DNA of 62,632 bases, counting the filler. It is 7 parts of 7 records of this genome, joined end to end, with 100 filler letters (N's around TTAATTAATTAA, not from the genome) between each part and the next. Parts side by side here need not be neighbours in the genome. Positions count along the whole stretch, not along the records: positions 1 to 6,679 come from SRR31156797_19171; positions 6,780 to 11,919 come from SRR31156797_19187; 5 more parts are not named here. The stretch is one strand, 5' to 3'. How positions within the stretch are numbered: position 1 is the stretch's first letter; each line of letters opens with the position of its first letter. Positions 1-8,074 of this stretch are shown one piece after another. Position numbers and translations under genes: made by a program. Below the pieces are notes generated by a model. The model searched no databases. It saw nothing but the letters and a program-made list of their open reading frames with translations, and had not been told where the DNA came from.

Positions 1-264
1 CACACCGGGCAACAGATAAATCGATTTTTTTCTGGCTTTTCTACGTAGCGCCTTGAATTCATCTTTATCAAATTTGTTATGATTCGTGATGACACCAAGC
101 CGTATCCCGGCAGTCTTCAACCCGGCCACGTAATCGGAAATATAACTTTTTGCTTCTCCGGAATACTTGAACTCTTTATCTGCCCTGGTGTGCAGATGAA
201 AATCAGCCCGGAGCCAGGTGGAGCCATGAGCAAACAGGCTGTTATGATTTTGTTCTACATTCAT
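1..264 (-). CDS. PHP-domain/AAA-ATPase (TrlF/Ppl-like) defence protein, N-terminal fragment running off the window edge
   Basis: Not in the ORF track. Manual translation from ATG 264 (GGAG RBS upstream) gives MNVEQNHNSLFAHGSTWLRADFHLHTRADKEF...LGVITNHN...LLPGV, with PHP motifs DxHxHT and ITNHN. Open to position 1. Confidence 0.75.
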   Translation of the reverse strand, partial: MNVEQNHNSLFAHGSTWLRADFHLHTRADKEFKYSGEAKSYISDYVAGLKTAGIRLGVITNHNKFDKDEFKALRRKARKKSIYLLPGV

Positions 265-304
265 GGTGTATTCTCCTGTAGTTCAAAGAACTATCCCTTA
301 TCTC

Positions 305-1780
305 CTAACTTATCCCTTCCAGCTCCCGTTCAACATCCTCCCATGTAGGAGCCTTGAGCTTACCTGAAAGGATGGCTTCAGTGTCCAATTTGCCCTCGAT
401 CAGAGCTTCGACATCATTCTTGGCTTTTTTTAAATATTTACGATAAAGCTCATTTAAGTATTGATGCCGCACAACGCGTTCACCAATAAACATTTGATCA
501 TCTTTTGATATTAACAGTATGTTAAAAGCTCCAATATCTCCCGGATAAACACGACGTTGCCTGATACCTCTTGCATGCCTGTCATTTTGCATTCTTCCGA
601 ATATCGAATTCAAAAACAAAGTAAGGTATCCGGGATGTAGATCTTCACAGGTTCGAAGAATGGATACATCTCCTCCGGCCGCTATTGGAAGATACTGCTT
701 TAAAATTACGGCCGCCTCTCCTACTGGCGGGCCAACCGATGTGTAAACCACATCTAAGGACTGCAATTTACCTGAATGATTTTCATGAATAGATTTAGTT
801 ATATACAAACTTGGATTCTCGAAACGTATCTCATACGGATCGATGTCAGATGTTAAAATACAAGGTATTAAATTTGAATCTGTGCGATCAGGTGTAGAAG
901 ACCTTATTATATTGTCACGCAAAAGGTCTTTTATGTTTTCCACTGGAAAGGCTCGAGAGTACAGATGCTTTTCCATATCAAAATAGCGAGGCAAGTAAAA
1001 CTGACTATTCAAACTACCTTTAAGTTCGCTACCTCTAATAAAATTTGAAGCAGAAACGCTCGGCGCAAATTTTTTCACATCGTAAATTTCTTCAAACAAA
1101 TCCACTGCCTCCCTAAAACATCTATCGGAAAAGCTTCTTATTTGTTCAGCAAGAGCAATTTTTTTACCGATGTATTCTTGAACTTTGGGAGCAGGAATGG
1201 GGACTGGGATACTACGTACTTCTGTTAAATTGATATTTTTTTGAACAGCTCCATTTGCAATTCGCTCAGTAACTCTTCGACCAAATGGTGAGTTTAGAAA
1301 AGCCGTAATAAATTCTCCTTTTTGAACCCATTTGTCTTTTAAACGAACCCGAACTACGGCAGCATTTAAGTTAGCTTTTTTTACAGTCTTCGGAACTACT
1401 GCAGCTCTACCCGGAGTACCACGTACTGAAATAACAAGATCATCCGGTAGGCATTCTGATTGTTTTAACTCCTCGTGTTTTTCTTCAGTCATATATACCG
1501 CATTCGATAAATCTAACCCATTTACCAAATCAGAAGCACGGATTACAGGCACACCTTCAGATGTGTATTCGCTGGCTTTAAATGCCCATCCACCAGGACC
1601 ATCCTTGACAAGGGATGCCATTTGCCCAATGGTTTTCTTATCGAAACGATCACTGCTTAACAATTCATCGTCCTTTAAATATTGTGGAGAATAGTATCGA
1701 CTATCTAACCTTAAAAGGTTCAGCCCTTCAACACCGACCCAAGCGGCAGGAAAATGTGTATCACATACCTTAAACTTCAT
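305..1780 (-). CDS. Restriction-modification specificity (HsdS-like) subunit 2, two TRDs
   Basis: RLDSRYY motif, TRD-like segments (GVPVIRASDL, GAVQKNINLTEVRSIPVPIP), helical spacer; ATGA overlap with the MTase stop. Confidence 0.85.
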   Translation of the reverse strand: MKFKVCDTHFPAAWVGVEGLNLLRLDSRYYSPQYLKDDELLSSDRFDKKTIGQMASLVKDGPGGWAFKASEYTSEGVPVIRASDLVNGLDLSNAVYMTEEKHEELKQSECLPDDLVISVRGTPGRAAVVPKTVKKANLNAAVVRVRLKDKWVQKGEFITAFLNSPFGRRVTERIANGAVQKNINLTEVRSIPVPIPAPKVQEYIGKKIALAEQIRSFSDRCFREAVDLFEEIYDVKKFAPSVSASNFIRGSELKGSLNSQFYLPRYFDMEKHLYSRAFPVENIKDLLRDNIIRSSTPDRTDSNLIPCILTSDIDPYEIRFENPSLYITKSIHENHSGKLQSLDVVYTSVGPPVGEAAVILKQYLPIAAGGDVSILRTCEDLHPGYLTLFLNSIFGRMQNDRHARGIRQRRVYPGDIGAFNILLISKDDQMFIGERVVRHQYLNELYRKYLKKAKNDVEALIEGKLDTEAILSGKLKAPTWEDVERELEGIS

Positions 1781-3771
1781 TGAACATTCCCTTTCGTATA
1801 TACATAAGCAATCTCTACAAGGTCATTACCAGCCGGGTCTGGAACTTCTGACTTTCCTTTTTTTAAGTAGCCCACATGTTCTGCAACAGCCATAAAAACA
1901 GCCCCCTGTTTTTCTGATGCATGTTTTTTCTTTTGAAGGTAAATGAAGCTAGTTTTTGCACCTGTTCCAGAAATAGCAAAGGTCTCGGTCGGCAAGCTTA
2001 CAACGGCTTTCAGGATGGCTTTACCACCCAAAAATTCGCCAGTCTCTTCATCCTTTGCCCCCATTATGTATTCACGAATATAGGCATCTCCTGAGTTACA
2101 GAGAATACCATCCGGAATAACAATCAACAGGCGACCACCTGGCTTGAGCAGCTGCAGATTACGGTCCACAAAAAGTGCCGCCGGGTCGGCTTTAGCCAGC
2201 TTTTTTTTCTTACTCTGATCACTGGCTTTCCACTTCCAACCAAGCCCCAGCCCCAGCTCTTCCTTGCGCATTTTTGCGAGCCCTTTGGGGTCGTTATATT
2301 TGCCGGACCCAAAGGGAGGATTGGTTAAAATCAGATCGAATTTCCCCACCAACTTGTCCACATGAGTGTCCATAATGGAATCATTCACTTTAAGCAGCTG
2401 GCTATGATTTTCGCCGTAAAGCAGCATATTGATACGGGCTTTCTGGATACTGCCTTCCGCCTGATCCGCACCAAAAAAGCTATGGCGTTTCATTTGGCTG
2501 AGCCATGCCAGCTTGTCGTCATCACTGTGGCCCACATGCTTGTCATCAAGAATCCGTTTTTTGATTTCCCGTAGGGCGCCCACCAGAAACCGGCCGGTAC
2601 CGCAACAAATATCGCCGCAAAGGAATGCGGGCAGGTCTTTTTCATCTTTGCCGGGAGTCCAGCGCTCCTGCTGTTTTTTGTCTCCCCGGCGAGCCCAGAG
2701 ATCCGCATCGGAAATGTCGTGGAAGACCATGTGTGTCATGCATTCCACCACCTGGGACGGCGTCAGGTAGGTAGCCATTCCTTCATTGCTGGCGTATTTG
2801 CCCCTAAGGAATACATCAAATGCCCAACCAAGGAGATCCTCATGGATCAGATGCGCTCTCATCATCCGGGCCTGCTCACCGTTACCCACCAGCTCCTTGT
2901 CAGGCACTGACAAACGGATCGGCTGGCCGTCCCGGTCCCGCAGATCCATGCAGCCAATGGCCATGGCAAGGATCTCCGGATTTTCCAGTTTCAGCGGTTC
3001 GTCATAGGCAAAGATGGTATGTTCTTCGTCCGTGATATCCTTGGCCTTGTATTGTGGCAAATTGTTAATTTCCCGGAACGCATCCTTTAACTCGGTGACC
3101 GCGGCCTTACCTTTCTTTTGCACATACTCGGACGAATAAATATCGGCAAAGAGCTTACCTTTACCGGCCCCTTTCGTGAGCTTGTAGCGTGGGGATTTCT
3201 CAAGATGAATCCTAAGGAATAGAAGCTTGCCCAGTTCGTCAATGGCGGCATTCGTTGGTTTTACGCCTCCACGGGAATAGATGGCCTCATGGAGCTCATC
3301 GAATTTGCGCTGGATTGACCTGAAGTCTCCCCGGTGATACTCAGCCGACAGATCCTGCAGCAGACGGGAACGAGAGTCAGAAATTGGCTTGGCGATCTCT
3401 CGCCAAAGCGCTTTACGCGGCAGGTCGGAAATCTGGGCGTCTTTTTCCAGATCAAACACAAAATCGTTGTCGCCGTCCCAAACCCATACAAAGCGGAAAG
3501 GCTTACCTTCGCCGGCCCCAAGTCCGGCCTTGAATTTGGCGTCATCCTGAATTGACGGCCTTGCCGCATCACCGGGCCCGGCTGTTGCAAAAAGCACTAC
3601 CGGCTCGTCTCCATCCATTGCTGCCAGATCCGCTGTGGCGTCCATACTGCCGTCACCAAACGGATCAAACAGCTGAAAGTCTTCGATCAGTTTTTCATAG
3701 CCCAATTCGGCAAATTGCGTCCGGGCCTGCTCCCGGAGCTTCACCGGTGTATTTTCTTTTTTCTTAGCCAT
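1777..3771 (-). CDS. N6-adenine DNA methyltransferase (HsdM/type IIB-like) with N-terminal extension
   Basis: YLTP, SAM-binding DICCGTGRFL, catalytic LTNPPFG, LKPGGRLLIVIPDG and AVVSLP..TF motifs. Confidence 0.9.
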   Translation of the reverse strand: MAKKKENTPVKLREQARTQFAELGYEKLIEDFQLFDPFGDGSMDATADLAAMDGDEPVVLFATAGPGDAARPSIQDDAKFKAGLGAGEGKPFRFVWVWDGDNDFVFDLEKDAQISDLPRKALWREIAKPISDSRSRLLQDLSAEYHRGDFRSIQRKFDELHEAIYSRGGVKPTNAAIDELGKLLFLRIHLEKSPRYKLTKGAGKGKLFADIYSSEYVQKKGKAAVTELKDAFREINNLPQYKAKDITDEEHTIFAYDEPLKLENPEILAMAIGCMDLRDRDGQPIRLSVPDKELVGNGEQARMMRAHLIHEDLLGWAFDVFLRGKYASNEGMATYLTPSQVVECMTHMVFHDISDADLWARRGDKKQQERWTPGKDEKDLPAFLCGDICCGTGRFLVGALREIKKRILDDKHVGHSDDDKLAWLSQMKRHSFFGADQAEGSIQKARINMLLYGENHSQLLKVNDSIMDTHVDKLVGKFDLILTNPPFGSGKYNDPKGLAKMRKEELGLGLGWKWKASDQSKKKKLAKADPAALFVDRNLQLLKPGGRLLIVIPDGILCNSGDAYIREYIMGAKDEETGEFLGGKAILKAVVSLPTETFAISGTGAKTSFIYLQKKKHASEKQGAVFMAVAEHVGYLKKGKSEVPDPAGNDLVEIAYVYTKGNVQ

Positions 3772-3773
3772 AG

Positions 3774-4238
3774 TTATTCATACTCCTGCCGTTTGGGCCG
3801 GTTAAAAATATTCGTATTCATTGTTATAAACTGCGTGAGCAGTATTTGTTTGACTTTGGGGGCGTCCAGTCCGGTGGTTTTTGACACCTCCGAAACCAGA
3901 GTTGCAATAGGAGCCCCGTTAAGACCTTTGACGTTGAAATACTGTTGAGCAGCCTCGCGAACCGTATCTTCATCGGTTTTCCCGCTGCCGCGAATCGTCC
4001 ATCTGGAACTGGCCGGATAGGGTGCGCTCTCTTCCTTCACCAGACACTCGCCACATGGTTTAAGGGATGAAGAAAGAGCTGAATCTATTCGTTCAAACTG
4101 CGGATTCAACCGAAGCAGAAGCAAAGCACGCTCGGCACCACCGCACTGATTCAATTCAGGAATCGATGCAGCGATGGCTTCCGGAGTAGCCGCTCCCTCA
4201 CGGTTCAGATATTCGGCCATTTGAGCTGCGATGCTCAT
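3774..4238 (-). CDS. Hypothetical protein, possibly tandem winged-helix (HARE-HTH-like)
   Basis: 154-aa ORF coupled to both neighbours; the LRLNPQF...RWTIR pattern recalls HARE-HTH/RNAP-delta wHTH. Confidence 0.55.
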   Translation of the reverse strand: MSIAAQMAEYLNREGAATPEAIAASIPELNQCGGAERALLLLRLNPQFERIDSALSSSLKPCGECLVKEESAPYPASSRWTIRGSGKTDEDTVREAAQQYFNVKGLNGAPIATLVSEVSKTTGLDAPKVKQILLTQFITMNTNIFNRPKRQEYE

Positions 4239-5584
4239 TGCTTCATTTCCTCCTTAAAAAAGTTCTCGGCAAGATCCAGAACCTCCGCCTTGGCTGTCAA
4301 TGCCTCCCTTCGTCTTTCAAAAGCGCGGGCAGCACGGCTATCAAAATCTTCCCGCCATATCAATGACAAAGTCGGAACCAACAGGGCATCAAGGTCCTTT
4401 TTACTAACAAAGCGTTGCACTGCGCCTGTGGCAAGACCGTTTAGCTGAACACGGACAACAGGGTGTGTCATGGCAATGGAGAAATACCGTGGTGTTTCGA
4501 CGAACCTGAGAGCAGTAAAGGTGGCACTGCCCAAAATCCTGCGTTCCTCCCAACCTATATCTTCATCCAGATAGGCCACCTGTTCACCACTGCCGGTTGT
4601 GCAGATCAGAACATCGCCCGGGGATAATGGCTGTCTCATTCGGGGCGACAGTTCGGAGAATCTGCAAACATCAAAACTTTCCACCATCATCGTATTTTCA
4701 TTGATGTGTTCGGCTTTTACAGCACAGACCGCTTCGTGCTCATCAATGCCTTTCAAAGTTGACGGAACGGGTTTGGCAATTTGAAGCAATGGGGTTACAC
4801 CACCACTTTCAATCAGGTGTTTTCTACGCAGGTCATTCGCGCAATAGGCAACATCCCATCTTCCACCCAGGTCACTTTTATTGATTTTGAATCGGCTTAC
4901 CGTTGTTTGGTTCTGAATTTTTCGATCTATTTCGGCATAGACAACCTGAATAATCCGGGATAATTCAATTTCGGATTCCCGGTTTAATCGAGCGGCATTG
5001 TCATAAGCCGCCTTGATTTTGTTCTGGAGTTCTCGCCCCGGAAGAGGAACAGGAATTTCGGCAATATCTTTAAGACGAAGCCTTCTCAAGGCTGTTGCAG
5101 AGCGTCTGTAAGCCAGATCTTTCAGGATTGCACCCATACTTGGGGTTGATAAGATTGCCGCAAGATATTCGGGAACGATAGCCGGTTTTGGCCGCATGAC
5201 CGTGATTTCCGAGGACACGGTGATTTCATCCATCCCCCCCGGCATGACGGCTGCCCGAAAAGGTTCCGCCGCCTGGGTAAACAAGACATCCTGGGGTTTT
5301 ACCTCTGTCCATTTGGCTGTGTGTTCGCTGGATACGTATTTCAACCCTGAGAAATGGATATCGCATGCAGCAAGATTACTGAGGCGAAGCATCGGAATTC
5401 CGGTTTCGCATGATGTCAACCGCGATCCGTCAGCAAAATAATCAAGCAGATCGCCCAGCTTTACAAAGCTGTCGTAATTTCCGGATGTGATCGTCTTGAC
5501 CGCTTCTTCACCAAGGTGGAAGCGAGGATCGAGGCGATTGCCTTTCTTCCGGAATGTTTTCAGCCGGATCACCGTGCTTCTCAT
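4235..5584 (-). CDS. Restriction-modification specificity (HsdS-like) subunit 1
   Basis: RLDPRFH and RWDVAY motifs, IPMLRLSNL, PEYLAAIL, ATGAVQRFVSKKDLDALLVP; two-TRD layout. Confidence 0.8.
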   Translation of the reverse strand: MRSTVIRLKTFRKKGNRLDPRFHLGEEAVKTITSGNYDSFVKLGDLLDYFADGSRLTSCETGIPMLRLSNLAACDIHFSGLKYVSSEHTAKWTEVKPQDVLFTQAAEPFRAAVMPGGMDEITVSSEITVMRPKPAIVPEYLAAILSTPSMGAILKDLAYRRSATALRRLRLKDIAEIPVPLPGRELQNKIKAAYDNAARLNRESEIELSRIIQVVYAEIDRKIQNQTTVSRFKINKSDLGGRWDVAYCANDLRRKHLIESGGVTPLLQIAKPVPSTLKGIDEHEAVCAVKAEHINENTMMVESFDVCRFSELSPRMRQPLSPGDVLICTTGSGEQVAYLDEDIGWEERRILGSATFTALRFVETPRYFSIAMTHPVVRVQLNGLATGAVQRFVSKKDLDALLVPTLSLIWREDFDSRAARAFERRREALTAKAEVLDLAENFFKEEMKQ

Positions 5585-6679
5585 TGTTGATTCTCCGGTT
5601 GCAGAATTCCTTTTACAGCCTCAACAGTTCCGTTGATCACATCACTTTCAAAATCTTCAGACCGAAGCTCAATCATTGAAATTGGATAATCAGACGGAAG
5701 CGGGTCTGTCTTCTTAATAAACAGGATGGAGCATCGAACAGCTGTCCCCGAAAAACAAAAGCCCGCCGGCAAACTGACAACGCCGAGGATTTGAGCATTT
5801 TCCAGGAGCCAGTCACGAAAAGCTTTATGGTTGGCTCCTGACAGAAGCCCTTCAGGTACTGCAACAACGATAATTCCATTGGCTTGGCATTGGTCAATTG
5901 CTTTAAAAGTGTACAGGTATTCGGCAGGATATTTTTTTGAAGCAGCTTTACCTTTAAAAAAGGAGCCGGCACAAGGCATTTCCGTTTTTAACAGCAGCGA
6001 TTGCCCCAATGGCGGGATCAAAATCACCGTATTTGTTGAGTGCTCACCTGTGCAGTCAAGGTAATTATCTAAAGCAATACGAGCATTGGGATATAGAGTT
6101 TGAAGTATGGACAGGCTCTCTTGAGTTCCATCTTCCAAAATTATGACATCATCCGTCTTGCCGGACAGAACAGAGAACTGCGATCCGATTGCAGCGGTCA
6201 CAACGGAAACGCTGCCGGTGTTTTTTCCAATGACCTGAAAAACAGGTGATAAAGCCAAAGGCAGACCATGGATGCTTTTTTTGTCATCGCTGGTTCGGGA
6301 AATCCAATCTATCAGCAGAGCGGACTCTTTTCGACTCCCAGGAGTAAGCCTGAAACCTGCAACAGCGGCACAGACCCTCAGAACTCCATCAGCGTCTGCA
6401 TCGAAGCTTTTGAGTCTCCCTGTAACCCTATTTAATAGAGAAGAGCAGTCTTCCACAGAACCTGTGACGGAACATCCCCACTCATCCTCGTTGCCGGCTT
6501 TCTCGTCGGCAATTCGAGCCAGCAAAACAGTTGATGCAACCACACCTATAAACGCTCGGCTCTTTACACTCTGCCGCAACAGGGTGGAGAGATATTCAAA
6601 CATTTCCTGTGTTGGGAATGGCTTTGACTTACCCGATTTCAATGCGCGAACCGGAACAAGGCCTTTTCCTTTTTGAGGT
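5581..6679 (-). CDS. Degenerate N6-MTase-like protein, probably 5'-truncated by the segment edge
   Basis: C-terminal HsdM-like motifs (VAVPEGLL, FRDWLLE, GVVSLP..F..T) but IPPLG in place of NPPFG. The frame is open upstream of 6642 (PQKGKGLVPVRAL) to the edge. Confidence 0.7.
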
Positions 6680-6779
6680 NNNNNNNNNNNNNNNNNNNNN
6701 NNNNNNNNNNNNNNNNNNNNNNNTTAATTAATTAANNNNNNNNNNNNNNNNNNNNNNNNNNNNNNNNNNNNNNNNNNNN
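6680..6779. other. Artificial contig-joining spacer (the same spacer recurs five more times)
   Basis: 44 N + TTAATTAATTAA (stops in all six frames) + 44 N. Confidence 0.98.
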
Positions 6780-6960
6780 GGGCAAATTGGTCATTTATGG
6801 ATGGGCACTTACTGACAGGCCTTACTTTTCGCGCCTTACTGACCGGCTACCTCGACAACTTCGATACAAAAGCGTGTTTATGAACAGGATAACAAATGAA
6901 AGACTGAAAATTCTAAATTTCCAAAAGAGAGAAGACTGTGGGGAAGCTTTCAGGACGAAA

Positions 6961-6988
6961 AAGGCGACCGGACAATGCGGCCGCCTTC
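6961..6988 (-). terminator. Probable intrinsic terminator of the DsrE gene
   Basis: Hairpin AAGGCGACCG...CGGCCGCCTT, followed by a T-run on the minus strand. Confidence 0.55.
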
Positions 6989-7008
6989 TGTTCAATGGGA
7001 ACATCCTG

Positions 7009-7359
7009 CTAAAAATTGAAAACCTTTGCCTCCGCAGCCATATCGATCAGATGCGGACCACCATCCAACTGCATGTTGGAAAAAAAATTCGACTCGTCCA
7101 TATTTCTGTTTTTTGCGCAAGGCGTACAAATTCCAGTTTCAACTTCATTTTCAACCAGATAGGGGAGATAGTCTTGAGGGCAATCCCCGGTTGTGGTCTT
7201 CAACGTCAGATCCCTGTTCTTGTCTGCCCAGGCAACACCACCGTCGATGAAAAAGAGGTTGACCACGTGCCCTTTATCATGGGCAATCTTCGCGAACTGG
7301 AAGCACCGGGTTGCAGATTCGTTGTCGTCCTTGCTCAACACGAACAGAAAATTTGCCAT
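7009..7359 (-). CDS. DsrE/DsrF-like family protein
   Basis: 116 aa; VNLFFIDGGV and CTPCAKNR motifs; GGAGGG RBS. Confidence 0.8.
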   Translation of the reverse strand: MANFLFVLSKDDNESATRCFQFAKIAHDKGHVVNLFFIDGGVAWADKNRDLTLKTTTGDCPQDYLPYLVENEVETGICTPCAKNRNMDESNFFSNMQLDGGPHLIDMAAEAKVFNF

Positions 7360-7457
7360 TTTTCCCTCCTTGTTTTTTTGTATTGTCTTTTTTAGTTATA
7401 ATCTATATCTCAATACTGAATTGATCAAACAATTGCAACGATAAACAGGAGAAAACT

Positions 7458-7844
7458 GTGAGCAAGCTTCTACTCATCACGAAAAAGAAATCAACCTTTT
7501 CCAACATCGTACCGGCCATTGAAAAAAAGGGAGGCTGCATCCACTGGAAAACGAACGGTAAAGAGGCCCGCGATGCAATAGACCGACAGAACTTTGATGC
7601 CATCATCGTTGATGAAACCCTTGAGGACACCACCGGATTGGCGCTGATAGAGAAGATCGTCTCCATTAACCCTATGATCAATAGCGCCCTGGTCAGTTCC
7701 CTCAACGAAAAAGAGTATCACCAAGCCAGCGAAGGACTCGGGATATTGATGCAATTGCCCCCAGAACCGAAAGAAGCGGATGGGATCCGTCTCATGTCCC
7801 ATCTGAACCAGATTCTGGGATTCACCTCTTCTTCGAATAAATGA
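7458..7844 (+). CDS. Stand-alone atypical response regulator receiver protein
   Basis: FDAIIVDETL..TTGLALI receiver pattern; AGGAG RBS before GTG. Confidence 0.7.
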   Translation: MSKLLLITKKKSTFSNIVPAIEKKGGCIHWKTNGKEARDAIDRQNFDAIIVDETLEDTTGLALIEKIVSINPMINSALVSSLNEKEYHQASEGLGILMQLPPEPKEADGIRLMSHLNQILGFTSSSNK

Positions 7845-7898
7845 GAGGATGGGGGACGATTTCAATTGGAAAGCCCCCTCCCCTTACCCCTTCTGCAT

Positions 7899-8059
7899 AG
7901 GGTTCGCGCAAAACTATATTCGCGGATTGACAGGAGTCAGGTGTCCGCCCCGCAAGGCGCGAAAATGAAGGGATATCTGGCATATGCCGTGTTTTCGTTA
8001 ACACCGCTAAGCGGGATAAATGGACCCTGAAAATGTGAAATTATTTTTTCGCGACCCCT
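7899..8059. mobile_element. MITE-like non-coding element with terminal inverted repeats
   Basis: AGGGTTCGCGCAAAA ... TTTTTCGCGACCCCT (13/15 inverted match), about 160 bp, between convergent genes. Confidence 0.55.
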
Positions 8060-8074
8060 TGCAGTTCTGAGGGC

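Noticed and set aside
79-348. Plus-strand 89-aa ORF
   Set aside because: Antisense shadow of the PHP-domain gene and the HsdS2 end; no motifs.
6780-6845. Possible repeat or IS end at the start of segment 2 (CTTACTGAC twice)
   Set aside because: Truncated by the edge; no partner end or transposase visible.
6787-7395. 202-aa plus-strand ORF
   Set aside because: Antisense to the well-supported DsrE gene.
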